The notes beneath the pieces were generated by a model that had not been told where the DNA came from, searched no databases, and was given only the letters and a program-made list of their open reading frames with translations. From assembly GCA_047621685.1 (NCBI GenBank), contig JBLHNG010000004.1:1-48578 (forward strand): a stretch of 48,578 bases of DNA. The letters are read 5' to 3'. Below are positions 1 to 9,464 of the stretch, in pieces; within the stretch, counting starts at the first letter, position 1, and the number at the start of each line of letters is the position of its first letter. A program made the position numbers and the translations under genes. Source of the DNA: Myxococcota bacterium (lineage in GTDB: Bacteria; Myxococcota_A; UBA796).

Positions 1-151
1 CACCCGCCTGTTCAAGGAGCTTCGCAAGGAAGACCCGGACCTCGACCTGCGCTGGTCGGCGGGTGTGGAGGTCCAGATGGACTCCGAGGGCTTCGTCGAG
101 GCCAACATCGATCTCCTTGAGCTGCGTGCGATCCCCAAGAAGTTGGACTGA
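1..151 (+). CDS. 3' end of a hypothetical protein (partial, runs off left edge)
   Basis: Frame 2 is open from base 2 (TRLFKELRKEDPDLDLRWSAG...PKKLD) to TGA at 149-151, with GC3-rich codons. Confidence 0.6.
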   Translation, partial: TRLFKELRKEDPDLDLRWSAGVEVQMDSEGFVEANIDLLELRAIPKKLD

Positions 152-249
152 GATCCGAGCCGTCAGACCGATGAACAAAGCTGAGGATGTGGGGGATATG
201 CGGATAAGATTCCGCCTCCTCTGCGTCCTGACTTTTGCGTTATGTAGCG

Positions 250-294
250 CAGCCACGCCATACACAGCCACGCCACATGCAGCACTGCCACACA
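250..294 (+). repeat. Three imperfect 15-bp direct repeats upstream of the TlpA gene
   Basis: CAGCCACGCCATACA / CAGCCACGCCACATG / CAGCACTGCCACACA. Confidence 0.6.
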
Positions 295-310
295 CTTTCG
301 GAGAAATCCC

Positions 311-1048
311 ATGAATCTGCGTCGAACCATCATCATCGCCCTGCTCGCCACAGGATGTGCCACTGCAGACCGGGTCCAGGCCCTCGAAGATCGGATCACC
401 GAGCTGGAGGCCAAGGTCGAAGAGGTCGGCAGTCGTCCCGTTGCCGCCGCCACTGGTGGCAGCGCTGAGGCCGATCCCGCCGCAGAGGAAGCCGCCCAGG
501 CGCTCTATGCTGAGGTCACCGAGCTGGTCAAGGCAGGCAAGCTGAGCGAGGCCAAGGCCAAGGTCGAGGTCCTCACCACCAAGTACGCCTCCACCAAGAC
601 CGCCCGCCGCGCCAAGAAGGTCGCGGCTGAGCTTGAGGTCATCGGCAAGCCCGCCCCGACCGCGCTGACCATCGAGAAGTGGTATCAGGGCGAGAGCGAA
701 GTCAACCTCGCCAGCACCGGCCCGACCCTGGTGGTCTTCTGGGAAGAGTGGTGCCCGCACTGCAAGCGTGAGGTGCCCAACCTCAACGAGACCTACGGCA
801 AGTTCAAGGGTCAGGGCCTCCAGGTCGTCGGCCTGACCAAGATCACCCGGAAGTCCTCTGAGGAGAGCGTCACCGCGTTCATCGCCGAGAAGGAGGTCGC
901 CTACCCGATGGCAAAGGAGACTGGCGACATGTCCAGCTACTTCAACGTCAGCGGCATCCCGGCTGCAGCGGTCGTCAAGGATGGCACCATCGTCTGGCGC
1001 GGCCACCCCGCCCGCCTGACCGATGAAATGATCCAGGGCTGGCTGTAG
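311..1048 (+). CDS. TlpA/ResA-family thiol-disulfide oxidoreductase lipoprotein
   Basis: Lipobox LATGC; coiled-coil/helical N-terminal region; thioredoxin fold VVFWEEWCPHC ... GIP; GGAG RBS. Confidence 0.85.
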   Translation: MNLRRTIIIALLATGCATADRVQALEDRITELEAKVEEVGSRPVAAATGGSAEADPAAEEAAQALYAEVTELVKAGKLSEAKAKVEVLTTKYASTKTARRAKKVAAELEVIGKPAPTALTIEKWYQGESEVNLASTGPTLVVFWEEWCPHCKREVPNLNETYGKFKGQGLQVVGLTKITRKSSEESVTAFIAEKEVAYPMAKETGDMSSYFNVSGIPAAAVVKDGTIVWRGHPARLTDEMIQGWL

Positions 1049-1058
1049 GTCTCCAGAC

Positions 1059-1607
1059 ATGATTCCCCTCCCCTCGCTCTCCGACAGCCTCGGCCCCATC
1101 GCCGAGGCCCTCGATGCCGCCGCCCCGGATGCACGGGTCAATTGGATGCGTGGACTGGGGAAGCGCGAGCTGAAGGCGCTCTACGGGCTGGCGGAGGGGC
1201 AGCAGCTCCCGCTGGACCACTTCTGCGACGACAGCGGCGCCATCACCCGGCACCACGGGCAGAACTCTCTGCCCGTGTTCTCGACCTTCGAGAAACGCTT
1301 CTGCACCCGTGACGAGACCATGCAGGGCTACAACCACAACGGTGCCCTGGTCTCCTGGTTCTCCGGTCCCGGCCACTTCGTCGCCCAACAAGACGGCGAC
1401 GAGGTCCTGTTTGACTACACCGTCCTGCCCGGCTCGGTCCCAGAGGACTTCCCGGCGCTGGCCAGCAACGACGGCGGGACCGCAAAGCTGGTGTTTGGCG
1501 GAATGATCGACCGGGTTCGTCGGGTCTCGACCCACTGCACCATCGGGACCGCCTTCCGAAACGGCAAGCCCGAGAACGCCTGGTTCATGCTCATCCGCGA
1601 AGCCTGA
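1059..1607 (+). CDS. Hypothetical protein (182 aa)
   Basis: Follows the TlpA gene by 10 bp; GC3-rich codons; globular composition; family not recognised. Confidence 0.75.
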   Translation: MIPLPSLSDSLGPIAEALDAAAPDARVNWMRGLGKRELKALYGLAEGQQLPLDHFCDDSGAITRHHGQNSLPVFSTFEKRFCTRDETMQGYNHNGALVSWFSGPGHFVAQQDGDEVLFDYTVLPGSVPEDFPALASNDGGTAKLVFGGMIDRVRRVSTHCTIGTAFRNGKPENAWFMLIREA

Positions 1608-1634
1608 TCTGGCCTTCAACGTCAGGCCTTCTGA

Positions 1635-3005
1635 CTATCTGATTCCCAGCAGGAGTCGGCACAGTCGGGTGTGTTCCTCCCACATTGGCCATGCGTTGAC
1701 CTCCAGGCGAGGTCTCAGCGGCTGATCGGGAGAGGGGTGCGGGTTTCCGGTCGGGCGGCACACCCGGGATCCGAACCCCTGGATGCCGGGGAACCACTGG
1801 CCGATGTTGTCGACCAGCCCACGGAAGCTGCGGCGCCGGGAGCTGACGATGTAGCCGGGCAGCCCCTGGAAGTCCGTCGCTCCCTCGACCACCCGCAGGA
1901 AGACCCCCGGGCCGTGGAGATCGAGCACCCCGATGCGGCTCTCTCGGGAGAGCTGGTAGGCGTCTCGGCTTCGCGCGCCCTTCTCAGAGCTGCGGTAGTG
2001 GCAGGTCACCACTTCTCCAGGAACCGCCAGAAGCAGGCGCGGAGAGCGCACCACGTGGCCGTCGATGAGCGAGTCGTGGACGGGCTGGAGCCAGAGCGGC
2101 GCATCACAGACCCGAAAGCCCTGGAGGCCGGCTGGTCCGAGGATGACCTTCGGGAGATCGATGTCGAGCAGCGACTCCCGGGGGATCACCGCCGCACCGA
2201 GCCCCAGCGCCGCGAGGTAGCGGGTGGAGAGGCGCTGGAGGGGCTCAGACTCGGCGTTTCGAAGCGCGACCCGGGGATACCGAGAGACCGCCAGCATGCG
2301 CGCGGTGACGCCATCGACCTCCAGAACCCGAGCCACTGCTGGCGCCCGGGCGGCATCTCCTGGACAGTCCACCACCAGGGCGAACGGATGCCCGGCGGAC
2401 GACCAGCTCCCCTGTCCCTCAAAGATGCGGACCGGCTCATTGGAGATCGGCTGCGGGACCGGAGCGGGAGTGGGCTCAAGAGGGGCCGGGAGCTGGCTGA
2501 GCAGCGACGGGATCTGAGCATGGAGTCGACTGAGGTTGACCCGACACGCCACCGTGTCCGCCCCCTTCCAGGCTGACGTGGCCTCGCTCAGCAGCCACGT
2601 CAGCTGTCTCAGCCCATCGTCGATGGTCGACTCTCGGGGGGAGATCGCGGAGGTTGGCATCATCCGGGGGATCGAAGGGGCGTCCAGCTCACTGGCAGGC
2701 TCAATGGGCAGCAGATCCAGGGGCTGGAGCGAGCTGGTGTCGAGATCAACCAGCTCAACAAGCTCGTCGACCTCTTCAACGACGGCCGACTTCGGCTCCA
2801 CAGCGCTGGCCTGGATCAGCGCAGCCTTCAGATCCTCCGTCCCCTGGCCGCTCATCGCCGCCCGAATGAGGGCGTCGAGGTTCTCGGGAATCGAGCGGGA
2901 TTCCGGTGCAAGAGCTGCCTGTGGCATGCCCTCCCCGCAGTACATGCACCGAGGGCGATGGGGTGCATTGGGGCGCTGGCAGGCCGGACAGGGAACGGTC
3001 TTCAT
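1635..3005 (-). CDS. Hypothetical protein with N-terminal zinc ribbon
   Basis: Start placed at MKTVPCPACQRPNAPHRPRCMYCG (CxxC-x10-CxxC); GGAG just upstream. Confidence 0.7.
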   Translation of the reverse strand: MKTVPCPACQRPNAPHRPRCMYCGEGMPQAALAPESRSIPENLDALIRAAMSGQGTEDLKAALIQASAVEPKSAVVEEVDELVELVDLDTSSLQPLDLLPIEPASELDAPSIPRMMPTSAISPRESTIDDGLRQLTWLLSEATSAWKGADTVACRVNLSRLHAQIPSLLSQLPAPLEPTPAPVPQPISNEPVRIFEGQGSWSSAGHPFALVVDCPGDAARAPAVARVLEVDGVTARMLAVSRYPRVALRNAESEPLQRLSTRYLAALGLGAAVIPRESLLDIDLPKVILGPAGLQGFRVCDAPLWLQPVHDSLIDGHVVRSPRLLLAVPGEVVTCHYRSSEKGARSRDAYQLSRESRIGVLDLHGPGVFLRVVEGATDFQGLPGYIVSSRRRSFRGLVDNIGQWFPGIQGFGSRVCRPTGNPHPSPDQPLRPRLEVNAWPMWEEHTRLCRLLLGIR

Positions 3006-3082
3006 CTCCGTTAGCCTATCGCATGCGCTGTCGGTTGCCCGTCCGTCTGCGATATGGTGGCCCCCCAAGCTGCGGAGCGCCG

Positions 3083-4543
3083 ATGATTCCCTTCCTCCTC
3101 CTCACCGCCGACGCCAGCGCTGCCGGCTACTACCTCATGGACTCCGGAACACGAGGCGTCACCCGGGCCGGTGCGTTCGTCGCTGGGGTCAATGATCTCT
3201 CCGCGCAGTACTACAACCCAGCCGGCCTCATCCGGCTGGATGAAACCCAGGTGTTCGTCAACGTCTCGATGGTCTCTCAGAAGGTTGACTTCACCCGGAT
3301 CGACTACGACTCCAGCGGGAACATCGACTACACCTACGATCCAGTCGAGAACGAAGACCCGGCGATGCCGATCCCGATGATGGGCTTCTCCAGTCGGTTC
3401 GGGCTGGAGAACACCGTGTTCGCCTTCGGGCTCTACACCCCCTCCGCCCCCACCCTCGGCTACCCCGAGGAGGGCGCGCAGCGGTACTCGCTCATCGACT
3501 CCCTCATCCTCAAGGGCAGCCTCGGTCCCAGCGTGGCCCACCGGTTCAACGACTGGCTCACCGTCGGTGCGGGGGTCGCGGCCACCTTCGTCAGCGCCGA
3601 CTACGCCCTGACGCTGACCACCTGCGGTGACACCAATGTCTGCGGTGGCACCGAAGCGGCTCCCGCCGGTGATCCGACCTACGACGTCGACATTGTGCTG
3701 GCGATGACCGACCCGGTGCGGTTCGACTGGAACATGGGCCTGCTCGTCGAGCCCACGGACACCCTCGCCATCGGCTTCTCGATGAACCCGCCGATGAACG
3801 TGTCCGGGTCTGGCTCGATCGTGGCGGACTTTGGCGAGGATCACTACCTCGTCACCAACGACCTGCTCACCGAGTCCTCCTTCTCTGACGATCAGGTCAC
3901 GGTGCTCCAGACCCTCCCATGGATCTTCCGCCTGGGTGCAGCGGTCAGCCCCAACGATCGCATGCAGATTGAGCTTGCCGGAGTCTATGAGACCTGGGGA
4001 AACACCGAAGAGACCGTGGTCACTGACGTTCAGCTGGAGATGGGGCTCAACGCGGAGTCCACACTGCTGGCGCTTGCCGGTGATGCGGAGATCCCGGAGT
4101 CCGTGGTGGTTGAAGACGACATCATCCTGCCGCTTGGGTTCTCGAACACATGGTCCATCCGGCTCGGCGGCGACTTCGCATTGACCGACACAATCACGGC
4201 CCGGGGTGGTGTGGGCTACGAGACCAGCGCAGTCCCCCCAGAAACGCAGAGCGTCGCCAGTGTCGATGGAAACAAGATCATCCTCGGACTCGGCGGCACC
4301 ATCACCCTGCTTGATCGCATGGATCTGGACCTCGGCTTCGCACAGAGCCGACTGCAGGCGCGCTCGATCAAGAACAGCGAGGTCCGCCAGATCGTCATCC
4401 CGCTGTTTCCCATCCCACTCGCCGAGCTCGACACCCACTTCACGGACCTGGGAATCGACGAGGGCGATGTGATCGGCAACGGCGAGTTTTCCTCGCACGC
4501 GACCTTTATGACGGCTGGTCTGACGTATCGCTTCGGGACGTGA
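3083..4543 (+). CDS. OmpP1/FadL/TodX-family outer-membrane hydrophobic-compound transporter
   Basis: Signal peptide then AGYY; AGAFVAGVNDLSAQYYNPAGL family motif; C-terminal beta-strand AGLTYRF; start moved to ATG 3083 behind GGAG. Confidence 0.85.
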   Translation: MIPFLLLTADASAAGYYLMDSGTRGVTRAGAFVAGVNDLSAQYYNPAGLIRLDETQVFVNVSMVSQKVDFTRIDYDSSGNIDYTYDPVENEDPAMPIPMMGFSSRFGLENTVFAFGLYTPSAPTLGYPEEGAQRYSLIDSLILKGSLGPSVAHRFNDWLTVGAGVAATFVSADYALTLTTCGDTNVCGGTEAAPAGDPTYDVDIVLAMTDPVRFDWNMGLLVEPTDTLAIGFSMNPPMNVSGSGSIVADFGEDHYLVTNDLLTESSFSDDQVTVLQTLPWIFRLGAAVSPNDRMQIELAGVYETWGNTEETVVTDVQLEMGLNAESTLLALAGDAEIPESVVVEDDIILPLGFSNTWSIRLGGDFALTDTITARGGVGYETSAVPPETQSVASVDGNKIILGLGGTITLLDRMDLDLGFAQSRLQARSIKNSEVRQIVIPLFPIPLAELDTHFTDLGIDEGDVIGNGEFSSHATFMTAGLTYRFGT

Positions 4544-6575
4544 TGACTTCGGGGGCAGCCCCCCACCAGCGCCCGGTCACCCGGCCATCTTCGATGTCGA
4601 TGCGGCCAAACGGAGTGGGCAGATCGATCGCCCGCTTTATCCCGGCGGTGACCCGGAGGGTTCGCTTCTCGACCTGAACCGCATCGAGGGCGAGCAGCAG
4701 GAACATCGCCGCGCCCATGAGGTCGTCTCCGATGCCGAGCGCCCCACGGAGGGGGTGGCGGGCGGAGGGAAACGCCCCGGTGGGACTGGCGAGCGCGCCG
4801 ACCACGCTGAGGGGGTCTGAGCCATCCTCCTGCCGTCGCAGCACCGCCATCAGCAGCGCAGTGGCCGCCGGGTGTGCACCACCCTGGGTGAACACGCCGC
4901 CGCCGTACCAGTGGTGGGTGCGGATGTGCTTGAGGGTGGACTGGACCGCCGGGCTGCGCACCGGGATCAGTCCCAGCCAGGCCGCAGCGAGCATGCCCGC
5001 ACTCGAGCCGTCGGCTGCGCGACCGGGGCTGGCCGACCACGGCGCCTCGCCCAGCACCTCTGGCAGGGCCTCCCGAGCGGTGGCCCCGGCGAGTCCCCAC
5101 TTCTGGTGGGCGTCGGAGACCTCTCGGAGTGCGGCGGCGCCAAACAGCAGGGCGGCGGTCTGCCAGATCCGACTCCATCGGCTCGAGCCGTCGAGCCCGA
5201 ACAGGGCGTGGCCACCGGGGGCGGGCTCCTGCTTGCTGAGCCGGTCGAGGAGGCGGGTCCAGGACGTGAGGTGCTCTTGGACCCAGCTGCGCTCTCGGGT
5301 CCAGCGGATGTACTCCGCCGCAGCCCAGCCGAGCATCGCGGCCTCTTCGCCTGAGGCGCCCAGCACCTTGCCGTCGCGGCGAACCCGGCTCATCCACCCG
5401 CCGATGCGCTGTCCGGCCCGACGCACGAAGCCGAGCCGGGCCAGGGCGACAGCGGCCATGCAGTTGTCGAGGCTGAGGCGGTCTCCGGCGAGCAGGGCCC
5501 GCTGCCGGGCGGCATCGAGCAGGCGCTGGTGATCGCCGGCCAGCTCAATGGTTGCCCCAGAAGCCAGCAGGCCCTTCCGATCGGCGATGGCGCCCTTCCA
5601 GAGAGTGCGTCCGCTGGTCCGGACGACCGCAGGAGGAGCCCCGGGAGGTGGGGCGATGATCGCGAACCGGGAGAACGGCTCGCCAGGGGAGAGGGTCGTG
5701 CGGTAGACCTCGGTGGCCCGGGCCAGCCCGGCACCGCAGCTCACGGTGAGGGGGCCGGCGTCGTGGCGCTCACCGGTGGGATCGCGGCCGGAGAACCGCT
5801 GCCAGGGATCGGCCTGACCGTTGCGACCGACCAGCACATCGTCGCCATGTCGGGCGACGATGAGGATCGGAGAGCCATCCGCCCGCCACATGCCGCCTCC
5901 GTCGCGCTTCAGCTCGAAGATCGGCTCGACCCCCTCGAAGCACGCCGGGCGCATCGCGAAGCCGAGGCGGACTGGACGGGGAGCGGGGGCCTCAAGGGAG
6001 AGCCGGGCAAACACCGCGATGGCGACCTGCCCCTGGAGCACCACCGGCCAGTGGAACACCTCCACCGACACCCCACCCCGACGGCAGGTGGTGAGCACGC
6101 CGTGCCCGTCGTCGCTGCGGACCTGCTCCACCGCGCCGCCCGGGTCGTCGGTGATCCCGGGGAGCGGGCCGACCGGGTAGCCGTGGCGACCGTCGGCGAA
6201 CCAGACCGACACCGAGGGGCCGCCCATGCCCGCCCAGCCCAGCGGATCCACCCAGCCCCGACGCGACCGCCCTGGCAAGGCCATGAGGGTGCGATCCCGG
6301 GCGGAGAGCACGAGGTGCATGCCCAGCGGCGGCAGGAACGCCGGATGCGCCGGGTCGAGCTGGCGGGTCATTGCCGCGGGCCAGGGCACCGGTCCCAGCG
6401 CGGAGATCACCCGACCGGTGAGCAGCGCGCGGGTGATCCGGGCGGACTCATCCGGCAGCAGGCTGCTGATCGGTCGCGCGCCGATCAGGGCAGCGAGCGC
6501 ACGGGCGCACGAGGCGGCCTCCTCGACGTTGGAGCCACCGAGCCGCCGGGTGAGTCGCTTTAGCCTTCGCGCCAC
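4506..6575 (-). CDS. Hypothetical protein, possible six-hairpin glycosidase-like fold
   Basis: Long ORF; beta-rich N half (GWVDPLGW...VSVWF) and helical Trp-rich C half; GTG start with GGAG RBS overlapping the glpD stop. Confidence 0.6.
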   Translation of the reverse strand: MARRLKRLTRRLGGSNVEEAASCARALAALIGARPISSLLPDESARITRALLTGRVISALGPVPWPAAMTRQLDPAHPAFLPPLGMHLVLSARDRTLMALPGRSRRGWVDPLGWAGMGGPSVSVWFADGRHGYPVGPLPGITDDPGGAVEQVRSDDGHGVLTTCRRGGVSVEVFHWPVVLQGQVAIAVFARLSLEAPAPRPVRLGFAMRPACFEGVEPIFELKRDGGGMWRADGSPILIVARHGDDVLVGRNGQADPWQRFSGRDPTGERHDAGPLTVSCGAGLARATEVYRTTLSPGEPFSRFAIIAPPPGAPPAVVRTSGRTLWKGAIADRKGLLASGATIELAGDHQRLLDAARQRALLAGDRLSLDNCMAAVALARLGFVRRAGQRIGGWMSRVRRDGKVLGASGEEAAMLGWAAAEYIRWTRERSWVQEHLTSWTRLLDRLSKQEPAPGGHALFGLDGSSRWSRIWQTAALLFGAAALREVSDAHQKWGLAGATAREALPEVLGEAPWSASPGRAADGSSAGMLAAAWLGLIPVRSPAVQSTLKHIRTHHWYGGGVFTQGGAHPAATALLMAVLRRQEDGSDPLSVVGALASPTGAFPSARHPLRGALGIGDDLMGAAMFLLLALDAVQVEKRTLRVTAGIKRAIDLPTPFGRIDIEDGRVTGRWWGAAPEVITSRSDTSDQPS

Positions 6576-8224
6576 CGCCGACTCCGTGCAACTTCCTTCT
6601 GATAGGCGAGGATTTCGGTGATCTTCTGCTCCTCGCTCCAACCCAGCAGCGCCGCCATGCGGTCTGCGATGCCGTCCGTGGCGGACAGTCCCTGGTCGAA
6701 GTCGCGGAAGAAGAGCTGGGTGCGACGGATCATGACATCGCGGACCGTAGCGGCCAGCTCGACGTTCACCGCGAAGTCGATCTGCGCCATGATCTCCGGG
6801 CGCCCCTCGACGAGGGGAACAGCAAGCTCAGGATCCCGAGCGGCGCTCTCTGCGATGTCCAGCCCCCGCATGCCGTAGGTGTCTCCGAGGAGACGGGCGG
6901 TCTCTTCGGACATGCCCTGGCCGCCGCGCTCCCGAATCTGCGCCGCGACGGCAGCGTGGTCGTCGTTCTCCGGCCAGCCGACCGCACCGGGCAGGGGCTC
7001 CGTCGCGGTCTGAGACTCCCGGAGCCGCCGGTCGAGCGAGCCCGTGAGCTGGAGGAGCTCCACCGCGCGATCCACGACCTCCGCGGCCATGCGCCGGTAG
7101 GTCGTCAGCTTGCCGCCAGCGATGGTGATCAGGCCATCCTCATCGACCCGGATGACGTGCTCCCGGGAGACCGAAGACTCGTTGGCCCCGTTGTCTTCTT
7201 CAGAGATCAGCGGACGGACCCCGGCCCAGGTGGCGATGACATCGTCTTCCACAAGCTTCGCGGTGGGGAAGTAGATGTTGGCGGCGGCCAGGAGGTAGCG
7301 GACGTCCTCTGCGCTGGCGGCCACCTCGCCGGGATCGCCGGGGTAGTCGGTGTCGGTGGTGCCGATGTAGGTGCGGTCCCGCCAGGGGATCGCGAACAGC
7401 ACCCGGCCGTCGTCGGGGTGGAAGCAGACGACGGCGTTGTTGGGCTTGAGCCGGTCGGAGTCGACGACGATGTGGATGCCCTTGGTCGGACGAAGCCGGG
7501 GCTTGCCCCCGCCAGTGCCCAGCGCGCGAGTGCGGTCAGACCAGGGGCCGGTGGCGTTGATGACTGCTGAAGCCTTCAGCTCCCGCTCCACGCCGGTCAG
7601 CTCATCCCGGACCCGAACGCCCGTCACCCGACCGCCGCCATCTCGGGTCAGCCCGACCGCGCGGGTGTAGGTGGCGATGACCGCGCCCGCCATGGCGGCA
7701 TCCAGAGCCGTCTCCAGGGTCAGCCGAGCATCGTCCGTTGAGCAGTCGTAGTACAGCGGCGCGCCCTTGAGGTCTTCGCGGTTCAGCATCGGCTCGACGG
7801 TGGAGACCTCCTTGGTGGAGAGGTTCCGGTGGATCTTGGGCGAGCGGAACAGGCTGAGTCCGTCGTACAGCCACATGCCGAGGTTGACGGTGAACACGCC
7901 GCGCCGGGAGGACTTGTAGACCGGGAACAGGAAGCCCAGCGGGTTGACGAGGTGGGGCGCGATGTTCATCAGCACCCGCCGCTCGCTGACGGCCTCGAAC
8001 ACCAGCGAGAACTCCATGCTCTCCAGGTAGCGCAGCCCGCCATGGACCAGCTTCGAGGAGCGCGAGGAGGTGCCATAGGCGAGATCCTGCATCTCAACAA
8101 TGCCGACGCGCAGGCCCCGACGGGCGGCATCTCGGGCCGCGCCAGCACCGGTGATTCCGCCCCCGATGATCAGGAGGTCAAAGGGCTTCTCCAGCTGCTG
8201 GAGCATCTCATCTCTTCTGGGCAC
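6560..8224 (-). CDS. glpD: FAD-dependent glycerol-3-phosphate dehydrogenase
   Basis: DLLIIGGGITGAG, GTSSRSSKLVHGGLRYL, DDARL, NATGPW, GTTD, AGVRPL, GGKLTTYRRMA; GGAGG 5 nt before GTG at 8224. Confidence 0.93.
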   Translation of the reverse strand: MPRRDEMLQQLEKPFDLLIIGGGITGAGAARDAARRGLRVGIVEMQDLAYGTSSRSSKLVHGGLRYLESMEFSLVFEAVSERRVLMNIAPHLVNPLGFLFPVYKSSRRGVFTVNLGMWLYDGLSLFRSPKIHRNLSTKEVSTVEPMLNREDLKGAPLYYDCSTDDARLTLETALDAAMAGAVIATYTRAVGLTRDGGGRVTGVRVRDELTGVERELKASAVINATGPWSDRTRALGTGGGKPRLRPTKGIHIVVDSDRLKPNNAVVCFHPDDGRVLFAIPWRDRTYIGTTDTDYPGDPGEVAASAEDVRYLLAAANIYFPTAKLVEDDVIATWAGVRPLISEEDNGANESSVSREHVIRVDEDGLITIAGGKLTTYRRMAAEVVDRAVELLQLTGSLDRRLRESQTATEPLPGAVGWPENDDHAAVAAQIRERGGQGMSEETARLLGDTYGMRGLDIAESAARDPELAVPLVEGRPEIMAQIDFAVNVELAATVRDVMIRRTQLFFRDFDQGLSATDGIADRMAALLGWSEEQKITEILAYQKEVARSRRWREG

Positions 8225-8298
8225 AGCGGCCTCCAGGGGAGCGATTGCAGGGGCACAGGGTAACCGATGCGAGGGAACTTCCGGGTTATCAGGAGCAC

Positions 8299-9135
8299 AT
8301 GTCACAGCTTCCTCCCCTCACCTCACTCAAGCCGTCGCTCTCCGAAAGCGGGCACCTCCTCCACATCGAGCTTGACCACGGTCGGGCCAACGAGATGGGC
8401 AGCACCCAGCTGTCGGACTGGGAGACCCTCGCCGACTGGCTGCCTGGCTCCAACGTGCGCGCGGTCATCACCTTCAGCCGCCGCCGCTCCCGGCGCGGCA
8501 CCCCGATCTTCATCTCCGGCGCAGACGTCACCGAGCGGGTCGGCTGGCCCGACGACAAGGTCCGCGCCCATGTCCGATGGCAGCGCAGTGTGCTGCGTCG
8601 GCTCCGGCGCGCTCCGGTGTTCCACATCGCGGTGGTCGATGGCGTGGCGCTGGGGTGGGGTGCGGAGATGATGATCGCGGTGGACTACCGGATCGCCGGC
8701 CCCGGGGCATCGTTCGCCCTGCCCGAGACTGGCCTCGGCATCCTGCCTGGAGCCGGCGGAACCAGCGAGCTGTGGGCGATGATCGGGGTGCCGCAGGCCA
8801 TGCGCCTGGGCATGACCGGTGAGCGCATTGACGCCGACGAGGCCCACCGCATCGGCCTCATCCAGGAGCGTGTCGAGAGCCTAGACGCTGGACTCGCCCG
8901 TGCTGAAGTCCTCGCCGCACAGGTCGCCCGGCGCTCCCCGACCGCCATCGGCGCATTCAAGCGGGCGATGCTTGACGGGATCGGTCAGACTTCAGAGGCC
9001 CGGGCCGAGCTGGAGGCTCAGGCATACGAGCTGTGCCTGGAGAGCGGAGATGCCGCCGTGGGCCGAGAGAACTTCAAGGCGATCATCAGCGGCGAGGAGG
9101 TCGAATGGAACGCGCGACGCACACCTTCTTCCTGA
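8299..9135 (+). CDS. Enoyl-CoA hydratase/isomerase (crotonase) family protein
   Basis: FISGADV, GVALGWGAE, FALPETGLGILPGAGGT, TGERIDADEA; AGGAG RBS before ATG 8299. Confidence 0.9.
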   Translation: MSQLPPLTSLKPSLSESGHLLHIELDHGRANEMGSTQLSDWETLADWLPGSNVRAVITFSRRRSRRGTPIFISGADVTERVGWPDDKVRAHVRWQRSVLRRLRRAPVFHIAVVDGVALGWGAEMMIAVDYRIAGPGASFALPETGLGILPGAGGTSELWAMIGVPQAMRLGMTGERIDADEAHRIGLIQERVESLDAGLARAEVLAAQVARRSPTAIGAFKRAMLDGIGQTSEARAELEAQAYELCLESGDAAVGRENFKAIISGEEVEWNARRTPSS

Positions 9136-9464
9136 TCCCTCTCCTCTCCCTGAGCCTCCTCGGCTGCACCGAGCCCACGCCCACCGACCTCGCGGGCTGT
9201 GCGGCCCTGTCTGCACCGACCGCTCGGGAGGAGTGCCGCTTCTCCATGGTCGCCCCCCTGGCAGGCGACTCCGCAGCCTTCAAGGCCGCCCTCGCTGAGA
9301 TCGAGGAGCCCTACAGCCGCGACCTCATCCGCTACCGGCTGGCGTTCCAGGATCCCGAGAAGAACAGCGGGCTGTGTCGGGAAGTCGAAGAGACCACCCT
9401 CCATGAGAAGTGCCGCCAGATCATCGGCCGACCGCACCTCTCCTCCACCCGGAAGAAGCCGTGA
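9105..9464 (+). CDS. Small Cys-pair lipoprotein
   Basis: GAGGAGG RBS; lipobox LLGC; two C-x11-C motifs. Confidence 0.7.
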   Translation: MERATHTFFLIPLLSLSLLGCTEPTPTDLAGCAALSAPTAREECRFSMVAPLAGDSAAFKAALAEIEEPYSRDLIRYRLAFQDPEKNSGLCREVEETTLHEKCRQIIGRPHLSSTRKKP

